From NCBI GenBank assembly GCA_002839505.1, contig PGYE01000001.1:371332-435331 (forward strand): DNA of 64,000 bases, in the 5' to 3' direction. The notes under the pieces were generated by a model that was given only the letters and a program-made list of their open reading frames with translations, was not told where the DNA came from and did not search any database. The first letter of the stretch is position 1. Each line of letters begins with the position of its first letter. This DNA comes from Candidatus Peregrinibacteria bacterium HGW-Peregrinibacteria-1 (GTDB lineage Bacteria > Patescibacteriota > Gracilibacteria > UBA1369 > LOWO2-01-FULL-3). Positions 1 to 8,950 of this stretch are shown in pieces. The translations under genes were made by a program, and so were the position numbers.

Positions 1-773
1 CCCTTCCCCCAAAACCCGCCACTACCTATGGCGATTGCCGCCTGTTGAGACTGCCAACAATAATCCTCGATACACTCTTGATCAATTCGCGTAAAACCTT
101 GAATTCTCTCCTGCACATGCGGAACCGCTGCCACCACGATAATAAAACCAACAATCGCCACCAAAAAACTTGCCAACACATGTTTTGCCTTTGCCCCTGC
201 CAAAATAAACATCCCCATCGCAATCCCACCAATCACTAAAGCCGAACCATAGTCATTTTGTAAAACAATCGGCCCCAAAACCAATGACACCGTGATACAA
301 AATGGAATCACTCCCTCCGTCAAATCTTTAATCTTCTCACCCTTTCGCGACAGCCAATAAGCCAAATAAAGCACCAAAGCAATCTTCGCAAACTCCGACG
401 GCTGCAACGAAGTATTGAAAAGCACCAACCAGCTCGTCGCAATTGTTCCATAGCTATTCCCCAGAATCATCACAACCAGAAGCGCCAGAATCACCGCACC
501 AAACAAAAGAGGTGCCATTTTTCTCCAAAATTTTATTGGCGCCAAAAAAGCCAGAAAAGCAACAAACAAAGCAATCAAAAGCCTAAAAAAATGATTCTTC
601 GCCAGCATGTAGCAATCGACATTCGCATCACTACAACTTGGGTAAAGAACATCGGGAGCCGATAAAGCAATCGACTTCGGCACGCCGATACTTGTAATCA
701 TCACCATTCCGAAAAGCACCAAAAGCCCCACCGTAATCGCCAACCATCTATCTGCTTTAAAATTAAATTTCAT
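1..773 (-). CDS. ftsW: SEDS-family peptidoglycan glycosyltransferase FtsW/RodA (runs off the window edge)
   Basis: Manual translation from ATG at 773: MKFNFKADRWLAITVGLLVLFGMVMITS...SLQPSEFAKIAL...QNDYGSA...WQSQQAAIAIGSGGFWGKG. The QPSEFAK and AIGSGG.WGKG motifs are SEDS signatures. Absent from the ORF track because it has no stop in the window. Confidence 0.9.
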   Translation of the reverse strand, partial: MKFNFKADRWLAITVGLLVLFGMVMITSIGVPKSIALSAPDVLYPSCSDANVDCYMLAKNHFFRLLIALFVAFLAFLAPIKFWRKMAPLLFGAVILALLVVMILGNSYGTIATSWLVLFNTSLQPSEFAKIALVLYLAYWLSRKGEKIKDLTEGVIPFCITVSLVLGPIVLQNDYGSALVIGGIAMGMFILAGAKAKHVLASFLVAIVGFIIVVAAVPHVQERIQGFTRIDQECIEDYCWQSQQAAIAIGSGGFWGK

Positions 774-889
774 ACTTCAAATAACCAATAAAATGCCATA
801 ACAACTTACGCTAAAAGTGCAATTCAAGGCAAACCCATATCACCTGACAAAAATCTGAAATCCACCCTTACTTCAATCCGCTCTAATCG

Positions 890-918
890 TTGAAAATTTT
901 CTTATTTTCTGCTATAAT
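890..918 (+). promoter_or_regulatory. sigma70-type promoter for the 939-5331 genes
   Basis: TTGAAA-N17-TATAAT with extended -10 (TGcTATAAT), 20 nt upstream of ATG 939. Confidence 0.65.
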
Positions 919-938
919 ACCAAGATTTTAATTTCCAA

Positions 939-1409
939 ATGACTAAAAACCAAAAGCCACTCACCTGGAAGACCACCGAACGCCCCGCATACAACCGAGG
1001 TAAAACATGGTATCTAATAGCCGGAATTTTGGCTACAGCACTGTTTGTCGGCACAATAATCTATCGATCATATACCTTCTCTCTTGTCATCATCGCATCA
1101 ATTGTCGCCTACGGATTAACACACTTCAAAAAACCGGCACCACTTCAAGTTGAACTCAACCAATACGATGTCAAAATTGGCAAAATCACCTACCCATACA
1201 GCAAAATAAAAAGTTTTTTTCTGATTACCGAAGCCCCCTTCCGCACCCTATATCTCCGCATTCCCTCGACCATCGCCATCAATGTTGCACTCGATCTGGG
1301 AAAATCCACCGACCCTAACGAAATCAGAAACTTCCTCATCTCAAAAATACCTGAAGAAAGCCAACCAACACCGATTCTCGACACCCTGCTTAGAATTCTA
1401 AAAATTTAA
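939..1409 (+). CDS. Small membrane protein (two TM helices plus a beta-rich, possibly PH-like C-terminal domain)
   Basis: 156-aa ORF with hydrophobic pair WYLIAGILATALFVG / FSLVIIASIVAY, then VELNQYDVKIGKITYPYSKIKSF. Confidence 0.7.
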   Translation: MTKNQKPLTWKTTERPAYNRGKTWYLIAGILATALFVGTIIYRSYTFSLVIIASIVAYGLTHFKKPAPLQVELNQYDVKIGKITYPYSKIKSFFLITEAPFRTLYLRIPSTIAINVALDLGKSTDPNEIRNFLISKIPEESQPTPILDTLLRILKI

Positions 1410-1426
1410 AACAACAACAAAATACA

Positions 1427-3007
1427 ATGTCAGAAGGAAAGAGTAACGCTCCACAACCCAACCCCGAAGCTGAAAGGTTAGCAACCAACACCGAAAAACT
1501 ACGCGAAAAGATCAAAGCATCCTTCGTTACTGCTCGCGACGCTCTTCGTGATACCCTTGAATCCAAAATAAAAGCCTATAACGGAGCGGAAAAACTTGCC
1601 CGCGAGGCCATCATCACAAAAAACACCCAATGGCTAATCGATGAATACGAAAAACAATACCCAGCAGAGTTTTCGGGAATGAACATCGAAGAACTTCAAG
1701 AACTCGATAAACGCATCACCGAAGACCTCACCGACCGCATTGCGACAATCAAAGCCTACATTGAGAAACTGGTCAGCGAAAATCCCGGAAAACATCAGGA
1801 AATACTAAATAAACTTGCAAACGCTCAAAGCATTGAAAACATCGTTGCCTTATCTTGGGCATTGAAATACGACACAAGATATCAAGAAATCGCATTCTTA
1901 GCACGATGGGCCGTCAATTCTCCCACTATATCTCCTGATGCCAAAACGCCCCAAGACATAATAAAATCCCGCGACCAACAAAAACCGGAAGCCTTCCGCA
2001 TCATCAGCGAAAACCTCGAACAATCCAGTCACGCCTCCAAGCGTGATGTCGCCCTTTTTGCCCTCACCAACCTCTCTTCAAAAGAGCGTATCGAGTTTGC
2101 CCACTACCACCTTGAAAAGAGCGGCCAACCGCTTCACAAAGTCATCGAAACCCTTCTTTCTCGACCAGGACTTTACAGCCCCTCTGAAATTGAGGCCTTC
2201 CTAGAATCCGCAATTAAAAAGCATAATATCGCTCCTGCAACCGTCACCCAATTCCGAAAAAGTTTCTTAACCGACGACAAAAAACAGAAAATGGGTGAAG
2301 ATTACACCGCATACCACGAGACAATGTCCACATTCCAGAAGCAGCAATTTGATGCCACCCCAGGATCGGGCAATGTTGTCCGTGATGCCGGCAGTAAAGA
2401 ACTTTTGAAGGTAGCCGCTCAAATCTGGGGAGGAGCCGTTTTGGCCACCAATGTCATCGGTAGTGCCGCAGTTGGTGCTAAAGGACAAAAAGGTTTAGGC
2501 AAAATCACTGGCAGTCTTGCTGGAATCGCCAAGAACCCATGGGTCTGGGGATCCGGAGGATTATTGGCAGTACTCGGAAACAAAGACGGCCTCGAAGGCA
2601 TCTTCAATAGTACCACCGACCTAGAAAAAGCCAGTCTAATAGGACAAGAACTTACTATCCACTTCGAAGAACCAACAATGCGACGAGTCCTCACCTCTGA
2701 CCGCGATCTTACCGCTGTCTCAGCATTACGCGACTACATCGACACCCAAAGAACCATCAAAGAAGCATCCACAGGAGAACCCCTTGCCGAATCATCTCTC
2801 ACTCTCGAAGGCTTTAATTATTGGCTTGAGAACCACACTGATTCCAAATACCAACAAATAGCTTCCGCCTTTACACCAATCTTAAAATCCCCACTCGGCA
2901 GCACAGAACGCAATTCATTCAAGCAAATCATCAAAGATTTTGATGGACTCCGTAGCTATGACGCCGATCCTCACAAATTTATCTCCAAAGAAATTTTAAA
3001 ACAATAA
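1427..3007 (+). CDS. Hypothetical helical protein with an internal Gly-rich hydrophobic hairpin
   Basis: 526-aa ORF; its stop overlaps the next start (TAATG at 3005-3009). Confidence 0.75.
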   Translation: MSEGKSNAPQPNPEAERLATNTEKLREKIKASFVTARDALRDTLESKIKAYNGAEKLAREAIITKNTQWLIDEYEKQYPAEFSGMNIEELQELDKRITEDLTDRIATIKAYIEKLVSENPGKHQEILNKLANAQSIENIVALSWALKYDTRYQEIAFLARWAVNSPTISPDAKTPQDIIKSRDQQKPEAFRIISENLEQSSHASKRDVALFALTNLSSKERIEFAHYHLEKSGQPLHKVIETLLSRPGLYSPSEIEAFLESAIKKHNIAPATVTQFRKSFLTDDKKQKMGEDYTAYHETMSTFQKQQFDATPGSGNVVRDAGSKELLKVAAQIWGGAVLATNVIGSAAVGAKGQKGLGKITGSLAGIAKNPWVWGSGGLLAVLGNKDGLEGIFNSTTDLEKASLIGQELTIHFEEPTMRRVLTSDRDLTAVSALRDYIDTQRTIKEASTGEPLAESSLTLEGFNYWLENHTDSKYQQIASAFTPILKSPLGSTERNSFKQIIKDFDGLRSYDADPHKFISKEILKQ

Positions 3008-5331
3008 TGACATCCCAAAGCAACCCTAAAACCCGCAATTCGAAAATAAAAAAATGGCTTTTATCCGGAATATTAAGCTTATTCTTGTTTATAAACTTCA
3101 TACCCCTTACCACCATCGCCGCCGACCCGACCACCCCACCACCAGTTGACTCCGTAAATACCTTAATTGAAGAAAACATCACCTCCGAAAGCCTCCAAGA
3201 CAACCTCGTCTGGCTGGAAACCATAAGAAGCGGACTCAACTTCCTTATATGGCCAATAATCTTCCTCATTGGGCAGCTTCTCGACAACAGCATACTTTTT
3301 GGAAGCGGAATGGAAGAACGACTGCGCGAAATCTGGATGGTCGTCCGCAATCTTGTAAACATCATCTTCGTTGTCGTCCTGGTCGGAGTCGCCCTATATA
3401 ATGTACTCGGGCTCGGCGATGACAACGGCAACTACTCCATCAAATCCATCCTGCCAAAAATCATTATTGGTATCATCGCCGTCAACTTCTCTTTCCTCGC
3501 CATGAAAGTTCTCTTGGATGGAGTCAATGTCATGACAAGTGCCGTCTTCTCTCTTCCTCGGCAACTGAATGTTCAGCTCGACTACACAAAGGAAACCGAA
3601 GAGAAGATCTGTCAAAACATCGGAACCACCTCTTCCGCAAATTCCATTGCCCGATCCCACGCCCAAAGTGCCGGTATACCAATTACCTCAACCGATACCT
3701 ATAGCACCATTAGGACCAAGATAAATGGGAGCACCCAAAGTGACGCCGACAAAGAGGGACTCATTGCCAAAATTAATCAGGAAATAAGCAAGCAACTCTG
3801 TGACAATTATACGACCCTCAGCGAACTCGGACGAGAATACCTCTCTGAGTACAACCACAACAACGCCGCCTTCGCTATGGCCATTCAGACATCGGGACTC
3901 CTCCAAATGAGTGAAGTTGACGCCAATAGCCTCACCACCGGAAAACTCGTCATGAATACCATGATTTCGATCATTATCTACATCATCTACATGTTGTCTT
4001 TCGTCGCACTCTTCATAGTGCTCCTCGGCCGTCTTGTGATTCTCTGGATTGCCGTCGCCTTCTCACCAATCCTCTTACTCGCCATGGCCGTCCCCGTAAT
4101 CCGTGAAAAAGTAAGTTTCCTAGGTGACGCCACCAGCAAAATAATCCAAAACGCCATTGCCCCAATTACCATCGGAGTTGCCATGACAATCGGTATCTTA
4201 ATGCTCGACGCCTTGGGTAGTGCCAGATTCCTTGCCAATGAATCCGGAACCCCCACCGCCGGAATACCGGTAGCCGGACTCGGATCACTGCAAGAAATAC
4301 TAATATCGGTCTGTACCATCGCCGTAATTTGGATCGCTGTATTTGGAGCCGCCAAGAACACCATCGCCGGCGGAATCGTCGAAAGTATCAAAAATGGAGC
4401 TCTTGGTATCGCCAAATGGACAATGGTCAAACCCCTTGCACAATTACCGATTCTCCCTACTGGTATCAAAGACGCTCAAGGCAACCCTGTTAAAGCCAGC
4501 TTTGGTGAATTAGCCGGAGTTCTTCGAGATGGTACAAGGGCAAACATAATTCCGTACGACAACAAACTATCCAACATGATGGGTCTAAATAATCTTGCCC
4601 AAGACATCAAAGGCCTCACCTCTCAAAAAGCAAATTCTCCTGCCGATATCTACATGGCACTTTCACAAGACCGCATTCGCCAAGAAATTCGTGGTGGCAG
4701 CCAAGCCACTGCTGATGCTCTTCGAGAATACCGTGATCGAAACCGTCCTGCATTTGAACAGCTAAAAGCAACAGATAAACCATTGTTCGACAAAATAGAC
4801 CGCTTCATCACAGGTAGTGAAGCAGACCGCAAGAGCCGCGGTACTGAAATCGATCTTCTCGTTCAGCAAGGAGCAGACCAGGCCAAACTTAAAAAATCGA
4901 TAAGCAAGACTGATCAAGTCGCCAACCGACCGATTAGCTCTCGTAATCCAAACGCTAGCGATAGGAATCTTGAAAATTACTCTAACCAACTCAACACCGC
5001 CATCAACAATCGTAATGAAAGCGAGATCAGTGCCAGCTTAACCGCATTACTACAGGAAATGGGAGTCAACAGTGGTGACAACTTGCAAAACATTCGAAGA
5101 CTAATCGACGACTCGATCGGCGCTAGTAAAGTAAGCGGTATCCGAAACTTTAATACTCTACTTCAAAGAGCTATCAGTGCACAACCAGCGGCACCAACCC
5201 CAACTCCGCCAACAACCCCACCCCCCACAACAGCCTCCGTCACACCGGAACCCAACGAGAATGACACCCAGATAGCCGATGCTTCGCCACAAGACACCAC
5301 GCCACCACCTGACGAAACAAACATTGCATAA
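3007..5331 (+). CDS. VirB6/TrbL-like polytopic membrane protein (CPR type IV secretion-like component)
   Basis: 774 aa; signal-like N-terminus; IWMVVRNLVNIIFVVVLVGVALYNVL...ILPKIIIGIIAVNFSFLAMKVLLD; second TM cluster LLGRLVILWIAVAFSPILLLAMAVP; Pro/Thr-rich tail. The family call is pattern recognition only. Confidence 0.6.
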   Translation: MTSQSNPKTRNSKIKKWLLSGILSLFLFINFIPLTTIAADPTTPPPVDSVNTLIEENITSESLQDNLVWLETIRSGLNFLIWPIIFLIGQLLDNSILFGSGMEERLREIWMVVRNLVNIIFVVVLVGVALYNVLGLGDDNGNYSIKSILPKIIIGIIAVNFSFLAMKVLLDGVNVMTSAVFSLPRQLNVQLDYTKETEEKICQNIGTTSSANSIARSHAQSAGIPITSTDTYSTIRTKINGSTQSDADKEGLIAKINQEISKQLCDNYTTLSELGREYLSEYNHNNAAFAMAIQTSGLLQMSEVDANSLTTGKLVMNTMISIIIYIIYMLSFVALFIVLLGRLVILWIAVAFSPILLLAMAVPVIREKVSFLGDATSKIIQNAIAPITIGVAMTIGILMLDALGSARFLANESGTPTAGIPVAGLGSLQEILISVCTIAVIWIAVFGAAKNTIAGGIVESIKNGALGIAKWTMVKPLAQLPILPTGIKDAQGNPVKASFGELAGVLRDGTRANIIPYDNKLSNMMGLNNLAQDIKGLTSQKANSPADIYMALSQDRIRQEIRGGSQATADALREYRDRNRPAFEQLKATDKPLFDKIDRFITGSEADRKSRGTEIDLLVQQGADQAKLKKSISKTDQVANRPISSRNPNASDRNLENYSNQLNTAINNRNESEISASLTALLQEMGVNSGDNLQNIRRLIDDSIGASKVSGIRNFNTLLQRAISAQPAAPTPTPPTTPPPTTASVTPEPNENDTQIADASPQDTTPPPDETNIA

Positions 5332-5367
5332 CCGTCATCCCCAAGTTAGGCCCACCTAACAAAAACC

Positions 5368-5395
5368 TTGCCAAATAAAAGATACCAAGTATAAT
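5368..5395 (+). promoter_or_regulatory. sigma70-type promoter for 5414-11656
   Basis: TTGCCA-N16-TATAAT, preceded by hairpin GTTAGG-ccca-CCTAAC (5345-5360). Confidence 0.5.
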
Positions 5396-5413
5396 AAAAC
5401 TGTTTAAGCAACA

Positions 5414-8400
5414 ATGCCTAATACAAACACACCACAACCAGCCGAAAAAGCCCTAAGAACACTCGAAGCAACCCTTCGAAATAGGGAAACTGCGATTCCA
5501 AATGTCGACAGTGCCCGCCTCATTTCCGCCTTCAACGAAAGAAGAATCAGCGATCGCCTGATCAACATCGTTTTCAATGTTGCCAACAATCCCAAACAAC
5601 GCAATTCCCGACATTATCAAAACCTCATCAATGCCATACTTACTGGACGACTCACACTGGCGCCGGACAAAATCCGCGAGCTTTATCAATCCCTCTCCCA
5701 AACTTCCACCCCACGCCAAACCCAAAAGGCTAAAGATATCTGTACTGGAATAATCCGCGAGCCAAGCTTCAATCTCAATCACGAAATCGCCCTTTTTGAC
5801 AGCCTCAGACAAGCCGACATTGATGACACACAGACCTTATACGACGAATTCGCCGTCAATATTGATGAAATAAACGCCCGCGTACAAAACCTAATTAATA
5901 GCCAAACCGAAAGCAACTGGGAGATGGAGCAATACCCTGCAACTCAACACTCTTCCCTTAAACAAAACTCCGAATATCATAAAAGCCTTGTCGAGCAATA
6001 CAATAGGACCTTTTTCGAACTCAGATTCGAGGAATCCCTCCCCGCTCCCAATCAAGACCAAGCCAAAATCACCCAACACAAAACCCGACTACAATCTCTC
6101 AATAAAGAAATAATCTCTACCACCGAAGAGTTAATCAAATTATTGGAAGCGCATGACCAATACATCTTCCGCTTTCACAAGCAACTCAAGGAGCTCAGTT
6201 ACGAGGCAGAAAAAACCGGCATCAACTTTGTCCGCGCCAAAAAACTCAAAATCAAAAGCGTCACCGACAATCAAACTCAAGAAATTAAGATAAATCGTGT
6301 CTTTTTTCAACGCGACGACCAGGACCGAGAATTTTATGACGAATACAATCCCGGCGAAATGATGGTCGAATTCACCAACGAACAAGGAGCCGCCACCACA
6401 CTCGGTTTCATGGAGTTTCAAAATGAATACCTAAATCATCGTGAAGCCTATGAAGACAAACCGCTTGAAGCCGTATCAAATGAAGAAAAAATAGCCCTAC
6501 TATTCCAGCCAATTGCCGCAAATCAGACCTTCCACAATGGTACCACCACCTTTAAAATCACCGAAATTACCGAAGAAAACGGCAAAAAAATAATCAAACT
6601 CGACAAACCGATCGTCAAAATACCCCAGAGTGCCTTTGCCAGTGAGAGAAGACATCCTGCGAATGCCCGCGATCGCATTCAACAAGAATTCACCCCTGGA
6701 GAATTCCAACGACTCCTCAAAAATCAAAAATACGCCCGAGTTCTTCAGGCCGACGAGGATCACCGAGCCATTCAAGAAAAAATCAAAAAGAACACCAACG
6801 ACCAAAAATTCAGAGTGATGCTTGCAAATCACAACCTTAATCCCGAAAACCCTCAAGACCAGGCTAAAATAGCCGATCTCCAACGCCAAGGAGTCATACC
6901 TACAAGGGAAGCATTCGAAAGTGCTAATGCCGCTCAAATCCAGACTCCTATTTATCAAGGCAACACCGAAGGCAACATCATCAATCATGGCCAAGACCCT
7001 AACGCTCCCACCCCTGACACCCCACAGGCACCCACTGGCCCACCTCCTACCCCCGAGGAAATTGCCGAGGCCGCCGCCAATGACGACAAGGATAAAAACG
7101 ACAAAGACAAAAAGGGCAAGAAGAACCCAGACGAAGATGATAGCATCATAAAGTTTGAAGACGCTATCCTGTCCGCCAACCAAGCCGACATTGAAAGAAT
7201 AAATGAGTTCCTGCCCCAAGTAGAGAAGGGATTTCTCGCTCAATTATGGGCCGACACCTCCTTTTTAAGTATTGAAGACATCGGAAAAATTTTTAAAGTC
7301 ATGATCGACTTTGTGAAAACCCGTATGGACACCCGACAAAATATTCGTACCGGAAGAATCGGAGAAAAATTGCCATACTTTGGTACAGAATTCAAAAAGC
7401 TCAAAGCCGCCGGCCTATCGGAATACTTCGGTAAAATCAAAAGTTATCTCGATACCGCGGGTATTCCTGAAGTTATTGAGATTGCCCGCAACCCATCAGA
7501 TCCAGTTTGGCTCAAAGTCGCCCTTACCATTCTTTCTGAAAAAGGCCACATGCGCTGGGAGGACATCGAAATATGGAAAGCCATCAATAAATTTGCTCCC
7601 AGAGACAAGCAAATCCCGATCCCAAGCAATGGAGACTATCGTACAAAATTAGAGGACGGTACTACCGGAGCCGATTATATTCAGCGTGCCATCGATGGAA
7701 TATGGGGAGAGGGAGAATATGCCGGATTTAAGACCAACTCCGAAAGTAGCTACCAATCCAAGGTGGACAGCGCGAAGAATACCGTCGACGAAGTCGCTGC
7801 CGAGAATAACCACTCCGGAGAGCTCACTAAATTACTCAAACGCCACCGTGCCGGCGAGTACATTGACCCCCACTACTACGAAGCCATACTCGCCCATGCC
7901 ATCGAAAAAGGCTTCTCTGAACCAAATTCCAATATATATTTCTTGGTTCATGGACTTGGGACACCGGGTGGTCCCTTCAACCGACCTATTCTAAATTTCA
8001 AAAGGCGTACCAAATTTGGAAATCCTAATAATTATCCACTACTACAATATTTTGCCACTGATAGAAATAGACCTGATACCGGACAAACAAGCAGGATTTC
8101 CGAAGAAGATTTCCAGCTTTGGGCCAAGATGTTCGACGCCGTACCAGACCACAGACCCGGAGAAAAAGACTATTGTGTCCCCTCAAAAAATGTCCATGAG
8201 TTTTTATGGAAAGAAGTAATGACCAGTAAGGCATTTAATGATCGTATTGATCGTGCCGTAAATCAAGCCGCCTTTGATTTTTATGATGCTGCTTTCTTTA
8301 TTCCCCCGGCAAATGAAAGTCAGATCAATACTATCTCTGGTAGTGCCGGAGGAGCCCGTCCAGCCTTGTCTAATACCCACTATAAAAATGTCATTCCGGG

Positions 8401-8932
8401 TTATAGCCAATACATTAAGACCTTGGCGACCGTCAAAGGCAAAGATGCCGGCAAAAAACTTGCTAGCAGCATCGCTGGCTTCATGCGTTACCAGGGTATT
8501 ATGACCAGAAAATACAAGCCCGAAGACTTATTTTATCGCTTTGCTCCAGAGGATTATGGACAGGCAGACGCTGGAAGTATTAGTAATCGGGACTATATGA
8601 ATGAAACACAAACAGCTATAAAAAAGGTAATCACAGCTTATGAAAGCCAAGGAAACCCTCATGCTTCCAAGTTAAATGGCCTCTACGAAACTATCTATGG
8701 CACCCAATATCAAAAGGAAAACACCGAACTATACAAAAAGCAGATCGAAAAGGTAAATCTAGCCTTTGAAAAATTTGCTAACACCCTCAATGATATGGTA
8801 AAGAGTGACAACGGAGAACTAATGAAGAAAGCCATCCAAGAGTCCCAAATGACAGGGATGAAATACCAGAGTCCCGCTGAACTTCGTGAAAAAAAGAAAA
8901 GAGCTCAATCCGAAGCAGCCGCCGCCGCATAA
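5414..8932 (+). CDS. Large hypothetical soluble protein (two halves joined by a Pro/Asp/Lys linker)
   Basis: 1172-aa ORF with no signal peptide or TM; linker PTPDTPQAPTGPPPTPEE...DDKDKNDKDKKGKK. Confidence 0.8.
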   Translation: MPNTNTPQPAEKALRTLEATLRNRETAIPNVDSARLISAFNERRISDRLINIVFNVANNPKQRNSRHYQNLINAILTGRLTLAPDKIRELYQSLSQTSTPRQTQKAKDICTGIIREPSFNLNHEIALFDSLRQADIDDTQTLYDEFAVNIDEINARVQNLINSQTESNWEMEQYPATQHSSLKQNSEYHKSLVEQYNRTFFELRFEESLPAPNQDQAKITQHKTRLQSLNKEIISTTEELIKLLEAHDQYIFRFHKQLKELSYEAEKTGINFVRAKKLKIKSVTDNQTQEIKINRVFFQRDDQDREFYDEYNPGEMMVEFTNEQGAATTLGFMEFQNEYLNHREAYEDKPLEAVSNEEKIALLFQPIAANQTFHNGTTTFKITEITEENGKKIIKLDKPIVKIPQSAFASERRHPANARDRIQQEFTPGEFQRLLKNQKYARVLQADEDHRAIQEKIKKNTNDQKFRVMLANHNLNPENPQDQAKIADLQRQGVIPTREAFESANAAQIQTPIYQGNTEGNIINHGQDPNAPTPDTPQAPTGPPPTPEEIAEAAANDDKDKNDKDKKGKKNPDEDDSIIKFEDAILSANQADIERINEFLPQVEKGFLAQLWADTSFLSIEDIGKIFKVMIDFVKTRMDTRQNIRTGRIGEKLPYFGTEFKKLKAAGLSEYFGKIKSYLDTAGIPEVIEIARNPSDPVWLKVALTILSEKGHMRWEDIEIWKAINKFAPRDKQIPIPSNGDYRTKLEDGTTGADYIQRAIDGIWGEGEYAGFKTNSESSYQSKVDSAKNTVDEVAAENNHSGELTKLLKRHRAGEYIDPHYYEAILAHAIEKGFSEPNSNIYFLVHGLGTPGGPFNRPILNFKRRTKFGNPNNYPLLQYFATDRNRPDTGQTSRISEEDFQLWAKMFDAVPDHRPGEKDYCVPSKNVHEFLWKEVMTSKAFNDRIDRAVNQAAFDFYDAAFFIPPANESQINTISGSAGGARPALSNTHYKNVIPGYSQYIKTLATVKGKDAGKKLASSIAGFMRYQGIMTRKYKPEDLFYRFAPEDYGQADAGSISNRDYMNETQTAIKKVITAYESQGNPHASKLNGLYETIYGTQYQKENTELYKKQIEKVNLAFEKFANTLNDMVKSDNGELMKKAIQESQMTGMKYQSPAELREKKKRAQSEAAAAA

Positions 8933-8950
8933 TAAAACAACACTTTCACA

